Shown: positions 54,589 to 62,021 of the stretch, piece after piece | Position numbering within the stretch: position 1 is the stretch's first letter | Layout of the letters: each line of letters begins with the position of its first letter | IMG/VR virus record: IMGVR_UViG_3300031472_000001 | Span: 1-62,021 of that record | DNA from: a virus | Taxonomy: Duplodnaviria > Caudoviricetes | DNA: 62,021 nt | Reading direction: 5' to 3' (one strand) | Made by a program: the position numbers and the translations under genes | The notes under the pieces: generated by a model | Databases searched by the model: none | What the model saw: only the letters and a program-made list of their open reading frames with translations | Told to the model about the DNA's origin: nothing

Positions 54589-54659
54589 CTCTCTATTATA
54601 CGTGCCATGTGGCAACTTTGCAAGAGAGCATAGGCAGTGTTAGAAGGACACGCCTTAAA

Positions 54660-55346
54660 ATGAACAAACACACGATGCATGTAAGCCAAGATGACCATAT
54701 TCTTGTGCCAAGTTACATACGCACACATTTCCCCGATCTTACCTTCTCAGACAAATGGTTTTACGTTTGTCTCTGCGAAATCTGCTTAGATGAGAAAACT
54801 TCCACGTACAGCTTACGGCAGCTACGTCAGTCAACAGGACTATCCCCGGCCGCACTCTGTCGCACAATACCTAATCTTGTTAAGGCTGGTTTGATAGAAG
54901 CTACAAAGAAAAGACGTGATAGCGGAGGTGCTGAAGTATGGCACATTACCCTGATTGACATACTCAGAGAAGATGTGGAAACGCTTAGCAAGAACTATGA
55001 GCAACAATCCGTAGAACACCATACTCCTGAACTCTATAAACTCAATGCCCAAATTGAAAGAACACGATCCGCAGGCTTAACGTCCGATCTTTCGCTAGGG
55101 GAATGGCTCGTTACCCTTGAATACTTCGATAATAAATGTGCCTATTGTGGCGGACCATATGAAATCATAGAACACTTTATCCCTGTAACCCTCGGCGGTG
55201 GTACCACAAAAACCAACTGCGTACCAGCATGTGCAAGTTGTAATGTCCGCAAAAAAGAGCATCACCCCTTTCTCATGCCTTCTTCCGTAGGAATGTCTGA
55301 GGCTATAGGAAGCATTAAAATTTATATTGATCTGTGTAGAGAGTGA
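54660..55346 (+). CDS. winged-HTH plus HNH endonuclease
   Basis: SLRQL...TGLS...L...L...GLI; CAYC...EHFIP..GG...NCVPAC..CN..K. Confidence 0.85.
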   Translation: MNKHTMHVSQDDHILVPSYIRTHFPDLTFSDKWFYVCLCEICLDEKTSTYSLRQLRQSTGLSPAALCRTIPNLVKAGLIEATKKRRDSGGAEVWHITLIDILREDVETLSKNYEQQSVEHHTPELYKLNAQIERTRSAGLTSDLSLGEWLVTLEYFDNKCAYCGGPYEIIEHFIPVTLGGGTTKTNCVPACASCNVRKKEHHPFLMPSSVGMSEAIGSIKIYIDLCRE

Positions 55347-55355
55347 GTTGTAGCC

Positions 55356-56642
55356 ATGACACAAGTAGCAGGCGTTGATATCCTATCTTTTCCTTATCAG
55401 CAATTCCTTATGCTGAGGCCCGAATATATGCAGATTACAGGTGATGATATTGAGGCGTATATGTTACGCCTCGTTGAGTCCCTTATCAAACAAGAGAAGT
55501 CCTATAAAGACTGGGAGAAACAGGCAGAAGAGTGTACCAAACAAGGTACAGACGTGCCAGCAAAGCCATGCGTGTACGTCTCACTCTCCTACCGTCAGGT
55601 ACTTATGTGGCTGTATGGCATCGTCAAGAATGAAAAGACGATCATAGCAAAGTTCAAATCATTGCTTGCAAAAGAGTTTCTTTTGCGTCGATGTGACCCC
55701 ATCAATATGTACGCCTCACCTCAATATACCCTCAACATTGACAAGCTTGAAGATGCCTTAAAGAAGTTGCCGACAATGACAGACTTCTTTAAGGCACTGG
55801 TACCAGATAAGAAGGGAGTACCAGTAGCTACCACCCCCCCAACAAATGGTACACCCGATACCAGTAGCTACCACTCACCAGTACCCCCTACTGGTACTGG
55901 TACCCCCCAACAGGTGGTACCCAGTAATAATAGTCTTAATAATCTTGGTAATAATACTAACTTAGACAGAGAGAATCGCGCGAACACATTGTCTGAGGAC
56001 GCTATCGCTTCTCAGACGCCCTCTCTCAGTTTTTCAGAGATGCTCTCAGAGCAGAATACACCCACGACGAAGGTTCCTATAGCCGACGAACCCGCACAGG
56101 ACGCGCCTTCACAGCAACAGGAAAAGCGAACCCGCACGCCACGCGAACCCAAAGAGCCAGATATTACCCAGGCGCAAATCGACCGCGTGTTTGCAACCAT
56201 GGACGAGGCGTTGCGCTCCCCCGCGATCTACAATGACCCGGAGTTCTCGATGGTGCAGAGCCACAAAGCGAAGGATGAGGTCAAGAGTCTCATCAAGGCC
56301 AAAGCGTTACCAACCGTCCTCAAACTGGTCATTCTCGACATGTGGAACGAGTTCAAAAATGGCGAGTATTGGTGGCGTTTCCCCGGACGTATGACCGGCC
56401 CTGCTATCTGCGGACAGTACAGTAGTCGCGCTCCACGACTCATGCCAAAGGTGAAATTGGTCAAAGACGAAGAGCAGCAAATGTCGGAGCGTGTTGTGCC
56501 ACAACCGGACACCTCTATCGCCCCGGGGTCCGCACGTCCTGAGTTGATTGTCTGGAAAAGCGATGGACGGTACACGCCAAAAAGTGATGAGCCGTATACC
56601 CCCCCACAGCGACGCAACCAGCGAAGGAGTTTTGCGCGATGA
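55356..56642 (+). CDS. replication initiator
   Basis: wHTH-like N-terminus, internal iteron region, coupled to dnaB. Confidence 0.7.
   Translation: MTQVAGVDILSFPYQQFLMLRPEYMQITGDDIEAYMLRLVESLIKQEKSYKDWEKQAEECTKQGTDVPAKPCVYVSLSYRQVLMWLYGIVKNEKTIIAKFKSLLAKEFLLRRCDPINMYASPQYTLNIDKLEDALKKLPTMTDFFKALVPDKKGVPVATTPPTNGTPDTSSYHSPVPPTGTGTPQQVVPSNNSLNNLGNNTNLDRENRANTLSEDAIASQTPSLSFSEMLSEQNTPTTKVPIADEPAQDAPSQQQEKRTRTPREPKEPDITQAQIDRVFATMDEALRSPAIYNDPEFSMVQSHKAKDEVKSLIKAKALPTVLKLVILDMWNEFKNGEYWWRFPGRMTGPAICGQYSSRAPRLMPKVKLVKDEEQQMSERVVPQPDTSIAPGSARPELIVWKSDGRYTPKSDEPYTPPQRRNQRRSFAR
55797..55962. other. putative replication origin (iterons plus AT-rich repeats)
   Basis: TACCAGTAGCTACCAC twice, many GTACC units, TAATAAT three times, all inside the initiator gene. 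Confidence 0.65.
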
Positions 56643-58000
56643 CCATACAAGAAATGCTCCCTTGCAACATCGAAGCCGAAGAAAAGCTCCTCGGCACTCT
56701 CCTGGCAAGTTCGCGGCAGATGGTTCGCATTGCCGACGCGCTGGTACCAGAAGACTTTTACCGCGACGCACACCGTCACATTTTCTCGACGATGCTTGAA
56801 CTCTATCAGGCGAGCGAAGGTATCGACACGATTACTGTTGCCGAGGCGCTTGAACGCAAAAAGATACATATCCAGGATGAAATTGGCGGCTATCACTATC
56901 TCGGCAAGTTGATGTCCAATGCGTTTCAAGATTTTTCTGGAAGCGACAACATGGAAGATCACGCACGTCTGATTGGTGAATCCGCTTTGTCGCGGCGTGG
57001 CCTTGAAGCCTGTCAGGACTCGGCTTACGATTTCAAGCACGAACGTCCTGAGAACGCGCTCGCGAAAGCTGAGGCGCGTTTCCTGGAACTCGGACAGACG
57101 ACCATCAAATCAGATTTCACGCCACTCTCCGCGCTGATGCAGTCGTGTACCGACCATGTAAGTGAGATGCAGGATCGTGGTGGCGTCATTCCTGGCATCT
57201 GTACAGGTTTCCATAAGCTTGACGAGATGCTGGGTGGCCTGCGCGACGAGAAACTGATTATTCTTGCAGGCAGGCCGGGACTCGGCAAAACGTCGTGGGC
57301 GCTGACGGTGGCACATCATGCCGCGCAAAAAGAACACAAAAAGGTAGGCATTCTGAGTCTTGAGATGAGCAAAGAGGAACTCGTTGAGCGGCTTGTCGCG
57401 ATTGATGGCTGGCTTGATGCGAAACGCGTCTCCAGTGGCAAGCTTGAACCTGATGAGTGGAAACGCTTCATCGACTCAGCGGCGCGTCTCACTGACATGC
57501 CGATCTTTATTGATGACGCCTTTGGCGCGACGCTGGTAGAACTCAAGAGCAAGGCGCGACGATTGCAGGCAACGCACGGACTTGACATACTCATCGTGGA
57601 CTACTTGCAACTCATGCAATCAGGCTCCGATGAGAACGAGAACGAGGTGAAAGAACTGTCCCTGATTAGTCGAGGTCTGAAAGGACTCGCACGCGAATTA
57701 CAGATACCCGTTGTCGCGCTCGCTCAACTCAATAGGGCGGTCGAGTCGCGCCAATCGAAGATACCCCAACTCTCCGACCTCCGGGGTAGTGGCACGATTG
57801 AGCAGGACGCCGACGTGGTGTTATTCCTCTACCGTGAGGACGAGTACAATCAACAAAGTGAACGTAAAGGCCAGTGCGATGTGATTGTCGCGAAGCAGCG
57901 TAATGGCCCAAAGGGAACCGATGTAATCGGGTGGATTCCCAGCCAAACACGTTTTTATAGTGCCGATTTCACGTCGGAAGAGCAGGAAGAGGGTGCATAA
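56639..58000 (+). CDS. dnaB: replicative DNA helicase
   Basis: GRPGLGKT, SLEM, IVDYLQL, QLNR, LR.SG.IEQDAD and KQRNG motifs. Confidence 0.98.
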   Translation: MTIQEMLPCNIEAEEKLLGTLLASSRQMVRIADALVPEDFYRDAHRHIFSTMLELYQASEGIDTITVAEALERKKIHIQDEIGGYHYLGKLMSNAFQDFSGSDNMEDHARLIGESALSRRGLEACQDSAYDFKHERPENALAKAEARFLELGQTTIKSDFTPLSALMQSCTDHVSEMQDRGGVIPGICTGFHKLDEMLGGLRDEKLIILAGRPGLGKTSWALTVAHHAAQKEHKKVGILSLEMSKEELVERLVAIDGWLDAKRVSSGKLEPDEWKRFIDSAARLTDMPIFIDDAFGATLVELKSKARRLQATHGLDILIVDYLQLMQSGSDENENEVKELSLISRGLKGLARELQIPVVALAQLNRAVESRQSKIPQLSDLRGSGTIEQDADVVLFLYREDEYNQQSERKGQCDVIVAKQRNGPKGTDVIGWIPSQTRFYSADFTSEEQEEGA

Positions 58001-58326
58001 TGCAGAACAGAGAAACCGTCGAGCAGGTGTTAGAACGTAGTCCTTTGATAGCAGAAGCGATAGACCTGGACATGCGTGTACGTTCTCTCATAGTCAAGGC
58101 GTCGCGTGAGGCATGCTATGATGACCGATGGCAAACGTATGAGAACTTGAAACATGAGGCGGAAACAGTGGTTGGTTATGGTGCTTCCAATGCTGCCCTG
58201 AAAAGTTCAGTCTTCTATGACGCGTTCATAGACGCCATTGATGCCCTCTTGCCCCAACATGAGAACGATTTTGTGATCCTCGTGCCTCGTACAGACGCGC
58301 CACAAGAGAAAGAGCAAACAGCATGA
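58000..58326 (+). CDS. hypothetical protein
   Basis: Coupled to dnaB. Confidence 0.65.
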   Translation: MQNRETVEQVLERSPLIAEAIDLDMRVRSLIVKASREACYDDRWQTYENLKHEAETVVGYGASNAALKSSVFYDAFIDAIDALLPQHENDFVILVPRTDAPQEKEQTA

Positions 58327-58385
58327 ACTATGTGGCACGCTGGGCCGCGACAAAGCGGAGTGAGGTAAGCGCGTGAGAGCCAATA

Positions 58386-58603
58386 GAGGAAGGACTAAGA
58401 TGCTGGCGAAATTGTGCAGGAACGCACATGCGCTCGACAGAATGGTCTCACCATGACGATTCTACGTGAAAGAGGAGCCGCGAAAAGAGCTTTTCAGGTA
58501 TTTTTAGGCTTCACTGCTTCTCTGGTTTCGCCAGCATCACTGCGCCTCTGGAGCCAATCTATCACCCTATTGCACAATTTCGCCAGCATCTTAGTCCTTC
58601 CTC
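58386..58603. mobile_element. MITE (218 bp)
   Basis: Perfect 33-bp TIRs GAGGAAGGACTAAGATGCTGGCGAAATTGTGCA; TSD CAATA on both sides; internal copy of TTTCGCCAGCATC. Confidence 0.9.
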
Positions 58604-58663
58604 CAATAGTGTTATGACGAAATAGTCTTGCCACCCATCGCCACATTCCGCTATACTGTCACC

Positions 58664-58724
58664 ATAACAAAGAAGTAAGAGAGCATCCGCCCGAAATGGA
58701 AGTAGGGACAACGGATGCTTTTTT
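58664..58724 (+). ncRNA. predicted small RNA 3
   Basis: Promoter TTGCCA-18-TATACT (58628-58657); terminator AGCATCCG...CGGATGCT plus T-run; no ORF. Confidence 0.45.
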
Positions 58725-58748
58725 GTTGCTACTTTCAATGGTAAGGGC

Positions 58749-58777
58749 TTGACAGAGTATGTAAGAAAAGGTACTAT
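58749..58777 (+). promoter_or_regulatory. promoter
   Basis: TTGACA-17-TACTAT. Confidence 0.75.
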
Positions 58778-58819
58778 CTTGAATAGACAGTAGACAGCAA
58801 GAAAGGACAAGAGATATAC

Positions 58820-59020
58820 GTGCAAGAACAGGATGAAAATCTGACCGTTGACGAAGTAGCCAGCATGTTACGCATTAGTACGCGCTCTGTCACCAACATG
58901 GCGGACGCTGGCATCCTTCCATTTTTTCGTGTGCTAGGCCGCAGACGGTTTAGACGAAGCGCGATCCAACGCTACATTGAGCAGCAGGAAGCGCAAGAAC
59001 AATCATCGGAAGATAAGTAA
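58820..59020 (+). CDS. excisionase-like HTH_17 protein
   Basis: LTV.EVA..LRIS...V......G.LP..RV....RF motif. Confidence 0.9.
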   Translation: MQEQDENLTVDEVASMLRISTRSVTNMADAGILPFFRVLGRRRFRRSAIQRYIEQQEAQEQSSEDK

Positions 59021-59113
59021 AGTGGATGTCAGGTGAGAAGTCACCTCACCTGACAGGCGGGGAGGAAATCGAACCGCTATAGTATCCAACGAACAAGCGG
59101 AGGAATACACTCT

Positions 59114-59965
59114 ATGTTTGGACAAAAATTGCAGGTTGCAAGTACACCTATCAAGGCAAAGCGGCATCATGGATTCGCTTTTTACGTGGTCGGAGCGTTC
59201 GCATTCGCCATTGAAACGATGCTTGGCATCAACGTGGCGTTTTTGGTTGACCAGTCACTGAGCATCGTCACGCACAACATGCTCGACGGGACCTTTCTTG
59301 CAGGACTCGCGCCAATCATCGCGTTGATCGTCGCGCTCGCTGTCGGTTTCCTTTTTGTCTTTGGGGGCATGTGGACGTTTGCAGGCTTCATGGATTCGCT
59401 TGATGACGCACGTGCCTACGCTACGAGGTACACAACGTGGGAATGGCCCGTCTATCTCGTCTGGGCGATGATCGTCGCGGTATTGCTTCTCGACTACACC
59501 ACGCTCTTGTTTCGTGCCGCCTACTTTGGCGACAAGGGCGCGGCGGCTCTTTTCTGGTTCTTTATTATTCTCATCCTCATGCCTCCCATTCTTGGATGTT
59601 TGTTGCATGTGCTTGAAAATACGCCTCGTGAGCGTCGGCAAGTCAAGGCAGAGCGCAATATAGAGCAACTGGACGCAGATGCACACGAATATGCGCTACA
59701 GACCATGCCAGACCATTTGAGAACGAAATATCTTGATGGTGATACTGGTGCATTAGACCTCCATTATCAGAGCTTGCAAGAGATAACAGAGGATGCACGT
59801 CAAAGAGAACTCGATGCGATGGCCGCAAGAGACGAAGAGGGACGTCAGAGGCGTGAGTCCATTGAAGAGAAGAGGCGTAACGCCCTGTCGCCAGCCGCCA
59901 AGCGAGGGCAGCGCCCTTTAGAGACCGCCGTTCTGAACCAGACAGGCAATCTGAGCGGCAAATAA
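59114..59965 (+). CDS. 4-TM membrane protein with coiled-coil tail
   Basis: Four hydrophobic helices; RBS GGAGG. Confidence 0.8.
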   Translation: MFGQKLQVASTPIKAKRHHGFAFYVVGAFAFAIETMLGINVAFLVDQSLSIVTHNMLDGTFLAGLAPIIALIVALAVGFLFVFGGMWTFAGFMDSLDDARAYATRYTTWEWPVYLVWAMIVAVLLLDYTTLLFRAAYFGDKGAAALFWFFIILILMPPILGCLLHVLENTPRERRQVKAERNIEQLDADAHEYALQTMPDHLRTKYLDGDTGALDLHYQSLQEITEDARQRELDAMAARDEEGRQRRESIEEKRRNALSPAAKRGQRPLETAVLNQTGNLSGK

Positions 59966-60876
59966 ACGAAGGTGCGAGGCGGAGTGAGGTTGCACCCTAC
60001 AGTGCAGGGCTGCAGCCTCTCACCACTCCCTCACCCACACAGCCTGAAATCATCACGATACGACCTGTAACATTTGTGAAGCCGATAGAGAGGATTACAG
60101 AACGTGAAAGAGTTATTGAAAGCCCACCTAGACAGGTATCCCCTACCCCCACGACAGAGCCTGCAATTCACGTTGTGCATGTTCCTGTTAGCACACCGCA
60201 ACCTGCTCGTATTCCTATGTCACCTCAGTATGTGGCTCCGCATGCACCACCTGTCAGAATTCCTGACGTGCCACCTGCTCGCCCTACGGATGTTGATCGT
60301 GGAAGTGTACGACCCGATGTTCCAAAGCCTGTTGAACACGTAAAAACTGGCCCTGAAAAAGAGCAAAAAGAGCCTGCTGAAACGAACAAAAACAGTTCAC
60401 CTGAGCCAACAAAAACAATTCAGGTAGAGGAACCAAAAAGAATTGAGAACATTTCACCAAACGAGCCAAAAGATTTAGGAGGTGAAATGATTCCGAATTC
60501 TTTAGAGCCTGTTCAACCAGCACCACAAGCCATAGAAAAGCAGAATGTGCCAACGATTAAGAAAGTTGGCAATCCTGGACGGCTAAGGAAGTATGACGAA
60601 TTAGGAATTGACGATATCGACCCTGTGAGGGATGTCGTATTATTCTCCTATCAGATGGGTCGGCATTATCCTGGTTTATCCAGTGATATGCAAACCTATT
60701 ATAGGCGTTGGTACTTCACGAAGCCGAGTAAAGGAAAGGATGGCAAAGAGTATGATCGACATGTTAAGTGTTGGGAGCGTAAAGAGCGATGGCTTAGCGA
60801 TGCAGGAATTCAAGCGGCTCCGTCCGTGGGAAGTAGCAGTAAAATTACTCCCTATCGAAAACGAGCAAACGGTTGA
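59914..60876 (+). CDS. Pro-rich domain, probably reached by -1 frameshift from 59114
   Basis: Frame open from 59881 with no start codon until GTG 60076; slippery C CCT TTA at 59914-59920. Confidence 0.65.
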   Translation, partial: PFRDRRSEPDRQSERQINEGARRSEVAPYSAGLQPLTTPSPTQPEIITIRPVTFVKPIERITERERVIESPPRQVSPTPTTEPAIHVVHVPVSTPQPARIPMSPQYVAPHAPPVRIPDVPPARPTDVDRGSVRPDVPKPVEHVKTGPEKEQKEPAETNKNSSPEPTKTIQVEEPKRIENISPNEPKDLGGEMIPNSLEPVQPAPQAIEKQNVPTIKKVGNPGRLRKYDELGIDDIDPVRDVVLFSYQMGRHYPGLSSDMQTYYRRWYFTKPSKGKDGKEYDRHVKCWERKERWLSDAGIQAAPSVGSSSKITPYRKRANG

Positions 60877-61144
60877 CGTTGAACATGCGACGGATCAGCA
60901 ATTCCAAGAATTTGTTACCTCTATCGGCTTACCAGTAGATGATGCAGGTATACCAGAATGGTCATTTGATGATAGGTGTCGCGCTATCAATCATGCTCTT
61001 AGATATGGCCTTTGGATATCCTTTGCCGATGAGGAAAACAATTCAGACAAAGAATCCAAAGAATTGCCGAAAGAATTAGAACCTGAATTGTTTGCGGATT
61101 CTTTAGCATGTGATGGAGTAGCACAGGAAGACGAGCGAGACTAG
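60800..61144 (+). CDS. hypothetical protein, similar to 48328..48573
   Basis: ATD.QF...W....R motif; start uncertain. Confidence 0.5.
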   Translation: MQEFKRLRPWEVAVKLLPIENEQTVDVEHATDQQFQEFVTSIGLPVDDAGIPEWSFDDRCRAINHALRYGLWISFADEENNSDKESKELPKELEPELFADSLACDGVAQEDERD

Positions 61145-61276
61145 AGTGAGCAAGCGTAGATGCGTGTGTGGCTATGATATGAGCAGGTATCATAGCCGTC
61201 ATGTCCTGTGTATCCGGTGCGCGAAATCGTACTTGCTCAAATTCAGGGGAGCAACATACGGAAAGTGAATAACATC

Positions 61277-61567
61277 ATGACAGATTTTTACCTTGCGTGT
61301 CATAACCGCATTACAGGTGAGAGCATGGATTTTTACCTACGTCCTGAAGATGGGTTATTGATGGTAGACGAGCCGACGCGAGACATGCCTTTTCTGGTAG
61401 AACCAGAGGCGGCACTCGCATTGTATCAATATCTGAAAGAGCGTGAGGCTATCCTTCTTGCAGGTCAAAAACAGGTCATTCAAAACGCTCTCGATGTGCA
61501 AGACGTTTTTCCTGGTACTGATGTTTCCCCACGTTTTGAACTGCTACCTGTAGAAGAAAGTGAGTAG
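61277..61567 (+). CDS. hypothetical protein
   Basis: ORF after an intergenic gap. Confidence 0.55.
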   Translation: MTDFYLACHNRITGESMDFYLRPEDGLLMVDEPTRDMPFLVEPEAALALYQYLKEREAILLAGQKQVIQNALDVQDVFPGTDVSPRFELLPVEESE

Positions 61568-61690
61568 CCAATGCTCAACACACGCAAGCGAGCAACTGAT
61601 GTCCTATGCTGGTGCATCGTAGTTGTCGTCATGCTGGTGCTGATCGCGATGGTGATTGGCACGTTTATACGGGTGTAAAGGGGAGAGAGT

Positions 61691-61900
61691 ATGGCAAAAT
61701 GTGAATTGTGTGACAAAGAAACGGGCAAAGAGCCAGAGAAAGCAGTAGGTGTGGACTATCATCCTGCGACGGGCAAAGAGACGCTTGTACCCTACACGAT
61801 GCCTCTGTATTGTGACGAGTGCCTGAAAGATTTAGAAGCACTCGCAGACGATGAAAAGGATATGGCACAGATAGCCAGGGAATGGCGTGCATATCTGTGA
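61691..61900 (+). CDS. small CxxC protein
   Basis: C..C...C..C; RBS GGGGAG. Confidence 0.6.
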   Translation: MAKCELCDKETGKEPEKAVGVDYHPATGKETLVPYTMPLYCDECLKDLEALADDEKDMAQIAREWRAYL

Positions 61901-62021
61901 TTCGTCAGGATGTATTGCCGCCATTGTCCTAAAGATTTGCCGCAAAATGAGCTTGTACAGTCCAGCTTTAGGAATGCTCATTGCCAGAAAGGTTTGCCGT
62001 TCCTACGATTTAGGAAGCATA

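Overview
The window looks like most or all of a ~62 kb tailed (siphovirus-type) dsDNA phage or prophage. Bases ~0.5-37 kb run mostly leftward. Read right to left they carry early and recombination genes, then terminase, portal, scaffold, capsid, head-tail, tail and tape-measure genes, a 1771-aa tail-tip protein, lysis genes and a few accessory genes. Bases ~37-62 kb run mostly rightward, with regulators, RusA, several methyltransferases, a replication initiator and DnaB. No host housekeeping genes, CRISPR arrays or standard tRNAs are visible. A Chloroflexota (Ktedonobacteria-like) host is an inference from protein style only. The most notable signals are: (1) two paralogous cassettes, each a ~65-aa protein with its own operator-covered promoter facing a convergent ~90-100 nt small RNA with its own promoter and terminator; (2) a probable programmed -1 frameshift outside the tail genes, fusing a 4-TM protein to a Pro-rich domain; (3) a C5 DNA methyltransferase whose motif IX and WPTP repeats lie in a nested +1 frame; (4) an IS200/IS605 TnpB omega-RNA-like end with no tnpB gene, next to a perfect 51-bp palindrome; (5) a D-armless tRNA-like element; (6) a MITE with 33-bp TIRs and a 5-bp TSD; (7) duplicated tail-tube genes; and (8) a probable ATC start codon on the endolysin. 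All product calls come from motifs and synteny read by eye; no database searches were run.
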